In this document: one piece after another, positions 44,082-54,000 of the stretch
Numbering within the stretch: position 1 is the first letter of the stretch
Layout of the letters: each line of letters starts with the position of its first letter
Source of the DNA: Oscillospiraceae bacterium
GTDB lineage: Bacteria > Bacillota > Clostridia > Oscillospirales > CAG-272
Reading direction: 5' to 3'
DNA: 64,000 nucleotides
Assembly (NCBI GenBank): GCA_015064505.1
Contig: SVSB01000002.1
Span: forward strand, 47,229-111,228
Notes under the pieces: model-generated
What the model was told of the DNA's origin: nothing
Databases searched by the model: none
The model's input: the letters and a program-made list of their open reading frames with translations, nothing else
Program-made: the position numbers and the translations under genes

Positions 44082-46625
44082 TTAATACTTGAGCTCGTAG
44101 TTATTCTCTGCGCAGAATGCTGCCCAAGCAGTATCGTCGTAGTTATACTTCATGTAGCGGATGCCGCCACGACCCATGATGGGATTGTACTCTTCTACAA
44201 CGTAGTATACCTGCTGAGAAAGGAGAGCCATGCTACCGTCCTGAAGCATAGGAATGTAGTCGTAGGTCATAAGAACCTTGGTCTCAACTGCAGCGAGAAT
44301 GTCAAGACGGGTGTCAACGTCAGCGATACCGTCGCCGAAGCAGTACTCGGTGCCGTCATCAAGCTTAACGGTGGTGCCGTTAAGAGCGTCGGACCACTGC
44401 TTGAGGTTCATGGTAACGGTCTTAACGTTCTTCTCCTCGCCGATCTTAGCAACGTTAACGTCGAGAGTAAGATCTACGGTAGAAGCGTTGAACCACTTAG
44501 CATCGTACTGATAAGAAGGATTGGTGTAAAGATCGGTGAGACCGAAGGGATCGAGAGCGGAACCGGACCAACCACCAAGAACGGTGTCAGCGTTACCTGC
44601 CTTGATCTCATTGGACCACTCGTTGCCGAGAGGAGCAGACTCAACGAACTTGATCTTGCCTTCAAAAGGAGTACCTGCAACAACCTCATTCATCTTCTCA
44701 TTGAGGTAATCAAGAGTCTTGGTGATGAATGCGGAGGAAGCGGAAGAAGCGTAAACGATCTCGATAGCCTGGTCAGACTTGCCGTCCTTATCGGTATCGG
44801 TGATGAAGCCCTTCTCGATTGCCTCGTTGTAAGCCTCGGTGTAGAGAGCCTTAGCAGCTACGGGGTCGTAACCGGTGATGGAATCTACAGCAGCGTCGAG
44901 AGACTCGAACTTGGAAACGTCTACAGAGTAGAAGTCGCAGAGAGCCTTCTTAGCCTGATCGGTGTCGCGGTACTGAGCACCGGACTCGGGATCGTAGATG
45001 TAGTTGGTACCGATAAGACCGTAACCGCCGGAACGAGCGGGAGATACTGCAGTGCAGAGTGCTTCCTTATCGTAAGTAACTGCAACAGCCTTACGGAAGG
45101 AGGTAAGAGTAAGAGTTTCGATATCGAACTTAGCCTTATCGAAGCCGTCAGCTGCCTCTCTCTTCTGGATTGCCTCAAGGTAACCGTTGAAGATGAAGAA
45201 GAAGATGGTCTCGGAAGGAGTTACGTAGCAGAACTCGGAATCACGGTACTCAGCGTAGTCGTCAGACTGGAGACCGTAGCCCATGAGCTCGCCCTTAAGG
45301 AACATAAGCTTTCTGGTATCAGCCTCAGCAACAACCTGGCAGTTGATAGCGGTGGTCTGGTACATGGGGTAAGTCTTACCGTCAGTAGGATCGGTATAGA
45401 TGTGCTTGCCGTCGGTATAGCCGAACCAGTTCTCGTTCTTAACGAACTTCATGGACTTATCCTGCTGATACTCAACGAGCTTGTAAGGACCGTAGGACAT
45501 GGTGGTCTCAACGGAAGAGTTGTAAGAGTTGGTCCAAGCCTCGGTATCGCCAACCTGCTTCTTACCTGCTTCGTAGTAGGGCTCGTAAACGATCCAGTTA
45601 CCGGAGAGGTTGTAGAGAAGGTTGAAGCCTGCAAGAGACTTGCCGAGAACGATGGTGATCTCGTAATCGCCGGTCTTCATGATACCAACGTTAGCGAAAT
45701 CGTAGTTATCTACGTAGTTGAAGCCCTCTGCAAAGTAGTTGAATGCATCAGCTTCGCTCTCACCCCAAGCGGAGGTGGAGATAACGGATACGAGATAACC
45801 GTAGGACTCATCGGTAAGGGGAGCAACGCCGTTTGCATCAGCAAGAGCGAGGAGAGCGTCCCACTTCTCGAGGTTGAAGTACTGAGCGCCGTAATTGTCA
45901 ACGTACGCCTTAAGGCTGTTACCGCCGAGCCACTCCTGAAGAGCGAAGTCAACGGCGATACCCATGGGGTTACCGTCAGCATCGGTGTAAACGCCGTCAG
46001 CGCCCTTCTTCAGATCAGCGAACTTGAACTTGTTCTGAAGCATGGACTCGGTGTAAGCGATGGTACCCTGATGGTAGTAGTTCTTTGCATTTGCGATGCA
46101 GAAGCTACCGTCGAAGTAGTCGGTAGCACGGTAGTTGTCCATCTTGGGGTCAAGGAGTGCCTTCATGGAGTAGACGTAAGTATCAGCGTTGATCTTTTCG
46201 CCGTTCTGCCAGGTAGCGTCCTTGTTCAGCTTGATAACGTAAGCGTAGCCGGAGGTAGCAGACTCGGGAATGTTGAATTCGGGATGCTCTGCCTTGATCT
46301 TCTCGGTTACGTCAACGGGCATTTCAGCTGCCATTTCGGGGCGGATAACGTATCCCTTGTAGGGATCCTTACCCTCAACGGGGTTGAGCTCATCGTTGTA
46401 GATGAAGCTATAAAGACCGGAGGTGAGGAAATCGATAGGATAGCTCTCATCAGTGGTCTGGTAGGTGTGGGGGTTCCAGTTGGAGGACATGGTTACAACG
46501 GAATCGTTGTAGGTGTACTCACCAACGAACTCCTCAACCTTTACCTTGCTACCACAGGATGCCATGGGAAGAACCATGCATACAACGAGCAGCAAAGCAA
46601 CAATAGAGGCGATTCTCTTTTTCAT
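44082..46625 (-). CDS. oppA: Family-5 extracellular solute-binding lipoprotein (OppA-like), unusually large (847 aa)
   Basis: Signal peptide + lipobox (MASCGSK). SBP_bac_5 core with extra domains. aaggagaaaaca RBS. Confidence 0.75.
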   Translation of the reverse strand: MKKRIASIVALLLVVCMVLPMASCGSKVKVEEFVGEYTYNDSVVTMSSNWNPHTYQTTDESYPIDFLTSGLYSFIYNDELNPVEGKDPYKGYVIRPEMAAEMPVDVTEKIKAEHPEFNIPESATSGYAYVIKLNKDATWQNGEKINADTYVYSMKALLDPKMDNYRATDYFDGSFCIANAKNYYHQGTIAYTESMLQNKFKFADLKKGADGVYTDADGNPMGIAVDFALQEWLGGNSLKAYVDNYGAQYFNLEKWDALLALADANGVAPLTDESYGYLVSVISTSAWGESEADAFNYFAEGFNYVDNYDFANVGIMKTGDYEITIVLGKSLAGFNLLYNLSGNWIVYEPYYEAGKKQVGDTEAWTNSYNSSVETTMSYGPYKLVEYQQDKSMKFVKNENWFGYTDGKHIYTDPTDGKTYPMYQTTAINCQVVAEADTRKLMFLKGELMGYGLQSDDYAEYRDSEFCYVTPSETIFFFIFNGYLEAIQKREAADGFDKAKFDIETLTLTSFRKAVAVTYDKEALCTAVSPARSGGYGLIGTNYIYDPESGAQYRDTDQAKKALCDFYSVDVSKFESLDAAVDSITGYDPVAAKALYTEAYNEAIEKGFITDTDKDGKSDQAIEIVYASSASSAFITKTLDYLNEKMNEVVAGTPFEGKIKFVESAPLGNEWSNEIKAGNADTVLGGWSGSALDPFGLTDLYTNPSYQYDAKWFNASTVDLTLDVNVAKIGEEKNVKTVTMNLKQWSDALNGTTVKLDDGTEYCFGDGIADVDTRLDILAAVETKVLMTYDYIPMLQDGSMALLSQQVYYVVEEYNPIMGRGGIRYMKYNYDDTAWAAFCAENNYELKY

Positions 46626-46787
46626 TGTTTTCTCCTTATTATTTAATTACATATCCCGCACAAGCGTATCCTTGCAACCGACTATGCAAAAATAAGCGCA
46701 GTGCACGAGAATATGTTTTAGGATACTAAAGATTTTACCACCAAAACTTGCGGTAGTCAATAGTAAATTCACATTTTAGTCACAAAT

Positions 46788-48479
46788 TCAAAGTTTTTTG
46801 CCTTTTTCAACAAGTATTTCGTTTATCTTTGTGGCAATATGCTCCATACATTTGGGAGCGTAAGGAAGGGTGAGCCCGGACTTTTCCACAAGCTCCTCAA
46901 AGGTGCAGGTGCCGCCCATATCAACGAACGCAAGGTATTTTTTCCACGCCTTTTCCTTGTTTTCCAGCATTTCAAGCCAGAATTGGAAGGCAACGGTCTG
47001 CGCCATACAGTAATCTATATAATAAAGGGGACTTTCATAGATATGAAGCTGGCGCTGCCATCCCGCGCCTCTGCCGTAGAAGGGCATTCCCTCGCGGCTT
47101 ATAAGGGGGCGGTACTTATTTTCAAGCTCTTCCCAGACCTTGTTGCGCTCCTCGGGGGTCAGATCCTCGTTTTCATACATTATATGCTGGAATTCGTCGA
47201 CCATACAGCCGTAAGGCAGGAAGGAAAGAGCGGATGCTACGTGCATATACTCGTATCTCGCGGTATCATCACCGAAGAACTTGCTGTGATACTCTCCGGT
47301 AAGAAACTCCATACTCATGGAATGGACCTCGCAGGCCTCGATAGTGGGGCTCTGATAGGAGGAGATATAGTTCTTCTTGAACGCGCGGTAAGCGGCAAAG
47401 GCGTGACCTGCCTCGTGAGTCAGCACGTCAACGTCACCGGAGGTGCCGTTAAAGTTGGAGAAGATGAAGGGCGCGCCGTACAGGGGAATATCCGCGCAAT
47501 AGCCGCCTGGTGCCTTGCCGTCCTTTGAAAGCACGTCAAGAAGCTCGTTATCGTACATAAAGTCGATAAACTCCGCAGTTTCGGGTGAAAGGGCGTGATA
47601 CATTTCCCTTCCCGCGGCAAGTATATCGTCGGCACTGCCGTGGGGCTTGGGGTTTCCGTCCTTGAAAATAAGGGTATCGTACATGCAGAGCTTATCAACG
47701 CCGATGCGCTTTCTCTGCTCCTCGCGCAGATTGTTTACCACGGGCACCACGTCCTCCGCGATCTGGCGGCGGAATTCCTTTATATCCTCGTAGCCGTAGC
47801 AGTTTCTGCCCAGGCGGTCGTAGGCAAGCTGAATAAAGTTCTTATGTCCCAGTGCGCGTGCCATTTTGTTGCGCACCTTAACGAGATCCGTGTAAAGGCG
47901 GTCGAATTCCTCGCGATGCTCGTCAAAGAACTGCCCCTCCTTCTCGTAAGCAAGGCGGCGAATCTCTCTGTCAGTGCTTTCTTTATAGGGCCCCAACAAA
48001 GGCAGGGGGAGAGTCTTACCCTCCCATTCAACGGCGGCGCTTGCGTAAAGCTTCTGATACTCGGAGGAGAGCTTGTTCTCCTGCTGTATAAGCTCTATTA
48101 TGTCGGGGCTGAAGGTGCGAACGGCTATCTCAAGATTCTTAAAGTACAGAGTTCCAAGCTCCTTTTCAAGCTCCGCTCTGAAGGGGGATGCGAGCATTGC
48201 AAGGCTGACCTTCTGAGCCGCCTCTCCGTAAAGAGGCTCCACCTCGTCTATATATTCCCTCTCCGCCGCGTAGAACTCGTCCTTGGTATTTATGGTGTTG
48301 CGGATATAAACGAGAGTGCCGAGGGTGTTGATCTTCTTTCCAAGCTCCTCCGTCTCGCGGAAGGCTTCAAGCTGCTCTGCGGCACTTTTGGCGTTCTTCA
48401 GCTTTTCCTCGATGGCGCCAAGGGCGCTTTTGATCTCCTCCACGTTCGGTCTTGTGTAGGGCATTTGGGAAAATTTCAT
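46788..48479 (-). CDS. pepF: Oligoendopeptidase F, M3B family (563 aa)
   Basis: Zinc motif HEAGHAF (HExxH) in an M3-like context. ggaggt RBS. Confidence 0.75.
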   Translation of the reverse strand: MKFSQMPYTRPNVEEIKSALGAIEEKLKNAKSAAEQLEAFRETEELGKKINTLGTLVYIRNTINTKDEFYAAEREYIDEVEPLYGEAAQKVSLAMLASPFRAELEKELGTLYFKNLEIAVRTFSPDIIELIQQENKLSSEYQKLYASAAVEWEGKTLPLPLLGPYKESTDREIRRLAYEKEGQFFDEHREEFDRLYTDLVKVRNKMARALGHKNFIQLAYDRLGRNCYGYEDIKEFRRQIAEDVVPVVNNLREEQRKRIGVDKLCMYDTLIFKDGNPKPHGSADDILAAGREMYHALSPETAEFIDFMYDNELLDVLSKDGKAPGGYCADIPLYGAPFIFSNFNGTSGDVDVLTHEAGHAFAAYRAFKKNYISSYQSPTIEACEVHSMSMEFLTGEYHSKFFGDDTARYEYMHVASALSFLPYGCMVDEFQHIMYENEDLTPEERNKVWEELENKYRPLISREGMPFYGRGAGWQRQLHIYESPLYYIDYCMAQTVAFQFWLEMLENKEKAWKKYLAFVDMGGTCTFEELVEKSGLTLPYAPKCMEHIATKINEILVEKGKKL

Positions 48480-48602
48480 TGTGTACCTCCACGGTATTGC
48501 GTTTTTTCTTTATTGTATCACGGCGCAAACGTTTTTACAACATTTTTTCACCCACAGGGGAGAAAACGCGTATGCTGTAACAGAACGGTATCGGAGATAA
48601 AT

Positions 48603-49430
48603 ATGAAAAAGCTTAACACAGCCGTTATAGGCGGCGATAAAAGAATGAGGCGGCTTTACGAATTACTGAAGGAAAACGGCGAGTGCGTTATCGCACTTAA
48701 CGGCGGAACGGACGATATCAAAGCCGCCGCAAGAAACAGAGATGCGGTGATACTGCCCGTTCCCTGCTCTCTTGACGGAGTTTTTCTTAATTGCCCGCCG
48801 GATTACGCGGCACCGAGGCTTGCGGAGGTTGCGGAGCTTATTGAAGGCGGTACCGTTCTCTTCGGCGGCGGCCTTACGGAGGAGATAAAGGAGCTCTGCA
48901 CCCGCCAAGGAGTCACTTGCCGCGATCTGCTGGAGGACGAGGCTCTGCTTATAAAAAACGCACAGCTCACGGCAGAGGGCGCCCTTGAATACACGTTCAG
49001 GGAACTCGACCGTGCGGTTCTTGGGGCAAATATGCTCGTTATCGGCTTCGGCAGAGTGGGGCAGGCTACTGCGCGTATACTTACGGCAGTGGGAGCAAAG
49101 GTATGGGTAAGTGCAAGAAGCTCCGCCCAGCTTGCCCTTGCACAAGCTACGGGTTGTTCCGTTATCCCTCTTGCGGAGCTGAAAAACGCGGTGGGAAACC
49201 GATGGGATATGATATACAACACCGTTCCCGCAAACATACTTGCGGATATACTTCCCTCCTTTAAAGCGGGAACTCCCCTTATGGAGCTTGCCTCGGGAAA
49301 TATTTACGAAGAAGCCGCAAAAAAAGCGGAACTGCCCTATATAATCGCCCGTGCTCTGCCGGGAAAGACCGCCCCGGAGACCGCCGCACTTATAATATAC
49401 GAAAGAATAATTCAACTTTTGCAGAGGTAA
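48603..49430 (+). CDS. spoVFA: Dipicolinate synthase subunit A (275 aa)
   Basis: N-terminal AVIGGDKR, Rossmann motif VIGFGRVGQATAR. Overall colinear with B. subtilis SpoVFA. The ORF track extends upstream in-frame (47595) as antisense to pepF, which is discarded. Confidence 0.75.
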   Translation: MKKLNTAVIGGDKRMRRLYELLKENGECVIALNGGTDDIKAAARNRDAVILPVPCSLDGVFLNCPPDYAAPRLAEVAELIEGGTVLFGGGLTEEIKELCTRQGVTCRDLLEDEALLIKNAQLTAEGALEYTFRELDRAVLGANMLVIGFGRVGQATARILTAVGAKVWVSARSSAQLALAQATGCSVIPLAELKNAVGNRWDMIYNTVPANILADILPSFKAGTPLMELASGNIYEEAAKKAELPYIIARALPGKTAPETAALIIYERIIQLLQR

Positions 49431-49431
49431 T

Positions 49432-49992
49432 ATGACCGGATTTGCATTTTGCGGCTCCCACTGCACTCTCAATGCCGCCCTTGAAGCGGCAAAAAGGCTG
49501 ATAGAAGCAGGCGAGGAGCTTTTACCCATTTTTTCTTTTTCCGTTTCCGGCACGGATACGAGGTTCTTTAAGGCAAGGGATTTTTGCCGGAGGGCAGAGG
49601 AGCTATGCGGCACCAGAGGAATATATTCAATAGTGGAAGCTGAGCCGCTTGGCCCCTCGCGTCCCCTTGACTACCTTATTATATGCCCCTGCACGGGCAA
49701 CACCCTTGCCCGCCTTGCAAACGGAATATGCGATACACCCGTAACCATGGCGGCAAAGGCCCATCTGCGTAACGGCAGAAGGATACTCCTCTGCCCCGCC
49801 TCCAACGACGCCCTCGGTGCGGGGCTGAAAAATATAGCGGCGCTGACCGTAAGAAAGGGCATCTTCTTTACTCCTATGAAGCAGGATGACCCCCTGAACA
49901 AGCCTTTTTCTTTGGTAACGGATTTTAATAAGGTGCCCGAAGCCTTTGAAGCGATGAAAAGGGATACACAGCTGCGCCCGCTGTTTCTTTGA
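49432..49992 (+). CDS. spoVFB: Dipicolinate synthase subunit B (flavoprotein), 186 aa
   Basis: FAFCGSHCT, VEAEPLGPSRPLDYLIICPCTGNTLARLANG, and PMKQDDPLNKP match the SpoVFB consensus. 1-nt gap to spoVFA. Confidence 0.8.
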   Translation: MTGFAFCGSHCTLNAALEAAKRLIEAGEELLPIFSFSVSGTDTRFFKARDFCRRAEELCGTRGIYSIVEAEPLGPSRPLDYLIICPCTGNTLARLANGICDTPVTMAAKAHLRNGRRILLCPASNDALGAGLKNIAALTVRKGIFFTPMKQDDPLNKPFSLVTDFNKVPEAFEAMKRDTQLRPLFL

Positions 49993-50082
49993 TTGACAAA
50001 AGCTCCGCCCGCGTGATAAGATAATAACCGTAGGGGACGGCGCCTCGACGTCCCGCCGTACTATCACGCCAAAGGAGCAAAC

Positions 50083-50907
50083 ATGAATCACCGCGCAATA
50101 TACTGCGGCAGATACGCCGCCGAGCTTATAAATGAATATAAAACCGCCGACGTGCTCGGCGTTTACAGCGCGGGTACCTATCTGCTTTTCGGCGATAGCG
50201 TCCTGCTTATATGCGACGCATCCAAAAAAAGCGTGCCCTTCGGAATAAGCGTTGACGGATATGAAAGCTTCCGCGATAGCATTAACGGCGCGGAGCACGC
50301 CACCGTAACGGAAGATCTGCTTACGGTCGGTGACGCCGTTATAAAGCTTTGCGCAGCGGAGAAAAGAAGCTGCCGTATTCCCGCACCCCCCTCAAAAGAA
50401 GCTCTTGATAATGCAATACAGCTGCTTTTAAGCAAGAAGCGGGAGGGCTTTGCGCCGATACTGGGGGAAGGGGAAATAACCGATCCCTACGCAAAAAAGG
50501 CAAGGGAGCTTGCAGCGGAGCTTTTCGGTGCTCTGAATAAGGGCGATACGGAAGAGCTTGCCAAAAAAGCAGCGCTGCTTACGGGGCTCGGCAAGGGACT
50601 TACTCCCTCGGGAGACGATCTGCTTTGCGGCGCCCTTTACGCGCTTCACTACTGCCAAAGCACGAAAAACGAAGCTTTTCTTCTGGCCGATGCGGTAATC
50701 AAAGCGAAAAAGAACACCAATATTATCAGCCGCAGATATCTTGAATGCGCGGCGGCGGGAGAATACTTCGGACTTACGGCGGAGCTGTGCGAGGATCTAT
50801 GTAACGAAGAAGATACAGAAGCCGCCCTTGACGGGCTTCTCACCGTGGGAAGCTCTTCGGGAGGCGACATTGCAACGGGAATGCTGCTTGCCTTCCTTTC
50901 TATATAA
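50083..50907 (+). CDS. Hypothetical protein (274 aa); weak resemblance to DUF2877 / AllH-like proteins (GLGKGLTPSGDDLLCG motif)
   Basis: aaaggagcaaac RBS. No signal peptide. Family assignment is a guess from one motif. Confidence 0.4.
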   Translation: MNHRAIYCGRYAAELINEYKTADVLGVYSAGTYLLFGDSVLLICDASKKSVPFGISVDGYESFRDSINGAEHATVTEDLLTVGDAVIKLCAAEKRSCRIPAPPSKEALDNAIQLLLSKKREGFAPILGEGEITDPYAKKARELAAELFGALNKGDTEELAKKAALLTGLGKGLTPSGDDLLCGALYALHYCQSTKNEAFLLADAVIKAKKNTNIISRRYLECAAAGEYFGLTAELCEDLCNEEDTEAALDGLLTVGSSSGGDIATGMLLAFLSI

Positions 50908-50914
50908 ATATTTG

Positions 50915-50953
50915 GGTGTGTAAAGAAACGGAAATTTCTTTACACACCTTTTT
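50915..50953 (+). terminator. Rho-independent terminator (ggtgtgtaaagaaa…tttctttacacacc ttttt)
   Basis: 14-bp stem directly after the stop codon at 50907. Confidence 0.8.
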
Positions 50954-51058
50954 GCATTACCAAATTTGCGCAAAAACGGCTAAATCCGCGCAAAACGCGC
51001 AAGCAGTTTCCGGATGTGTTAAAATTCTGACAAACCAACAAACGACCCGGAGGTTGTT

Positions 51059-54000
51059 ATGAAAAAATTATTACTTAAGTCTTTAAGCCTGTTCCTTGCC
51101 GTGCTTATGATAGTACCCGCAATGGCAACGGGCGCCTACGCCATCACCGCGGAATCACCCTCAAGCTACCGTTTTTCAGACGTTAGCAAGAGCGACTGGT
51201 TCTACGAGCACGTGGCATACACCAATGCAAACGGCATATTCAAGGGGGTTTCCGATACGGAATTCGATCCCCACGGAGTGCTTACCCGCGCCATGTTCGT
51301 TACCCTGCTGGGAAGAATAGCGGAAGCAGACACCTCCGATTATAAGAATACTTCCTTCAGCGACGTTGAATTCGGAACGTGGTACGGTCCCTACGTTGCC
51401 TGGGCAGAGGAGAACAGGATCACCACGGGCACGGAAAGCGGCCTCTTTGAGCCCGACGCTCCCGTAACCCGCGAGCAGATAGCCACCTTCCTGCATCGCT
51501 TCCTGCGCGTTTTCAGCGTCGGCGCCATGGGCGTATACGATCTTAAGTATGAGGACGCATCCGAAATATCCGATTACGCCGTAAGCGCAGTCAGAGTCTG
51601 CTACGAGATGGGACTGATGAAGGGCGATACGGATAACAGATTCCGTCCCGCAGATACCGCCACCCGCGCAGAAGCCGCAGCGGTTTGCGAAAGACTGCAT
51701 AAGCACGTTGTAAGCAGCCCTTCCATCCCTCAGCTTCCCACCGCAGGGGATGATTTTGATACCGTAGACAGCGTTACCTTCCACAGCGTAACCGTTGGAT
51801 ATCCCGCAAGCTGGAGCGAGGCCGATAAGAAAAACACCGTGATGCCCACGGAGCGCCTCGTGGTTGCGGGAGATCTGGTCTACTCCGTGCCCACGCCCTA
51901 CCGCGAGGGATATATCTTTGCGGGCTGGTATTACGACGCGGCCCTTGCAACGGTAGTGAGTGTTGAGGATACGGTTACCCGAAATATGACCATATATCCC
52001 CGCCTCGTACCCTCAACGGACAGCTCCGTTATCGGTGACGGGTCGCTGAACTACGTTGCCGCTATCGACGTTGATACCTCGTTCCGCGTTACCGTCAAGG
52101 CACCCAATGCGGAAGCGGTCAGAAACGGATTGTCATTTACAGGAATATCCGACGGAAACGTTGATATGCCCTTTACCGTCACCGATAACGGCGACGGCAC
52201 CTATACGGTAGAACCCACCGAGGGCATGGAGGCGGGCAAGACCTATCAGCTTATCGCCCGCGACCGCGAAACCCTTGCAACGGCGGCTAACCCCGTTCCC
52301 GCCGACAACGAATACATACTCTTCCTCCACGAGGGGGAGGTACAGCGCAAGGAAGTGCGCTACTACAATATCTTCACCTACCGTGAGGAGGTATATAATC
52401 TCCGCATTGACGACGACGTAATATTCATCGACTTCAGCACCGTTTCCGGCTTTGAGATGGAGGACGCCGCAGGTCTTTACACTGCCCGTCTTTCCGATAA
52501 CGGCGGCGTGTCTCTCGTTGATAACGATGCGGAAGGCACCTTTACCTACACGGGCACCCCTGCTCTGAAGGTGGGCGACGTGGTTGCCATCCACAGCGGT
52601 GAGGCAAACGACGAGGAGCGCACCTTTGCGGAGGATGCAGAGGTCGCCTATATAGAGATAACGAAAGTGGAAGGTACCACCTACACCTACGTTTCCGCAA
52701 AAGCAACCGACGTTATGTTCCTGCCCGAGGTATTCCCCATTCCCTACGGCGCGGATCTTGACGGAGATCGCACCAACAACGTTATCGTGGTTGATACCGA
52801 GCAGCTTGACTTCACCCTTTTTGAGGATCAGGAGGTGCTTAACGCCGATACCGTGGTCGGAATCGACGATTTCGTAGTTCTATACGACGGCGTGCTTGCA
52901 GAGGGTACCAACGTTACCTACGGCAAGATCGTTTCCGTGGTAAGAGGCACCGATACCGTTACCCTGACTGTAGAAGCGGCTACGATAGAGGATATTGAAA
53001 CCGCCATCGACACCTATACCGTTAACGCCGTTGACGTAAACATCCCCGAATCCGAGATCAAGGATCTTGAAAACAAGCTTGTTTCCCAAGCGGTTGAAAG
53101 CGGCTTTGCGGAAGAGGCGGCAGCCTTCTATCTTGCGGAAAGATTCGGCATAGAGGATGCTACCGTCGGCACAAAGTACACCCTTACAAGCGAGCAGTTC
53201 TCCCGCACGGGTATAGAGGTGGACGGCGGAAACCTGATGTACCAGATTGAGATCGGCCGCCCCAACGTCAGCGCCGAGATAACCAAGCATCTCCAAAAGA
53301 TCACCCAGATAAACAACGCAACGGGTCTTCGCGTTGCCTTCGGAGTTACCATCCCCGTTGGACTTGAGGTAGTTGAAAACGGCTGGCACGTGGTTGAAAG
53401 CCTTACCTTTGACCTTTACGTTACCTTTGAGCAGGAGGTTGCGTTCAACGCCAAGTTCTCCGCAGATACCAAGTGGAAATGGTACTTCATCATTCCCGTA
53501 CTTAAGGAAGTTACCGCAGACGCCCGCTTTGAATTCGGCACCTACACGGGCGTTGGCGCCATTACCACAGCTTCCACCGAGAAGTACTACAAAAAGACCT
53601 ATCTCTGGACGGAGCTGGTTGAAAAAGAGGACGGCACCAAGCTGTTCAGCTCCGCTTCAAGCATCGCCACCAAGCTCAACGAATACCTGAAGAACGGCGA
53701 TCTCTCCTTCTTCGGTGACGTTGGCGAGGAGACCGAGCTCGTTGACAAGTATGCGGATATGCTTCAGCGCGAGATAGATTACTTTGACATTTTCGCACTG
53801 CCCATATTCCACAAGAAGGGTTATTTCGACCCCAAAACACACATCGTTAACTACGTTCTTGATATTGAGCTTATCTTTGCCGCAAAGCTGAACGTTACCA
53901 TGGGTATATCCTTTGAAAACCTTAACGTAAAGGAATACTCCTTCCACTTTGAGCTTTTCAAGGGCAAGAAGAGCTACAACGTCGTCGATAAGCAGACCCC

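Noticed and set aside
39427-46646. Multiple plus-strand ORFs (380, 218, 404 and 414 aa).
   Set aside because: They are antisense to oppD, oppC and oppA, and are Gly/Val/Leu-rich with no domains.
47595-48600. Upstream in-frame extension of the spoVFA ORF (a total 611-aa ORF).
   Set aside because: The extension is antisense to pepF. The genuine spoVFA start is ATG 48603 (MKKLNTAVIGGD), with its own RBS and homology beginning there.
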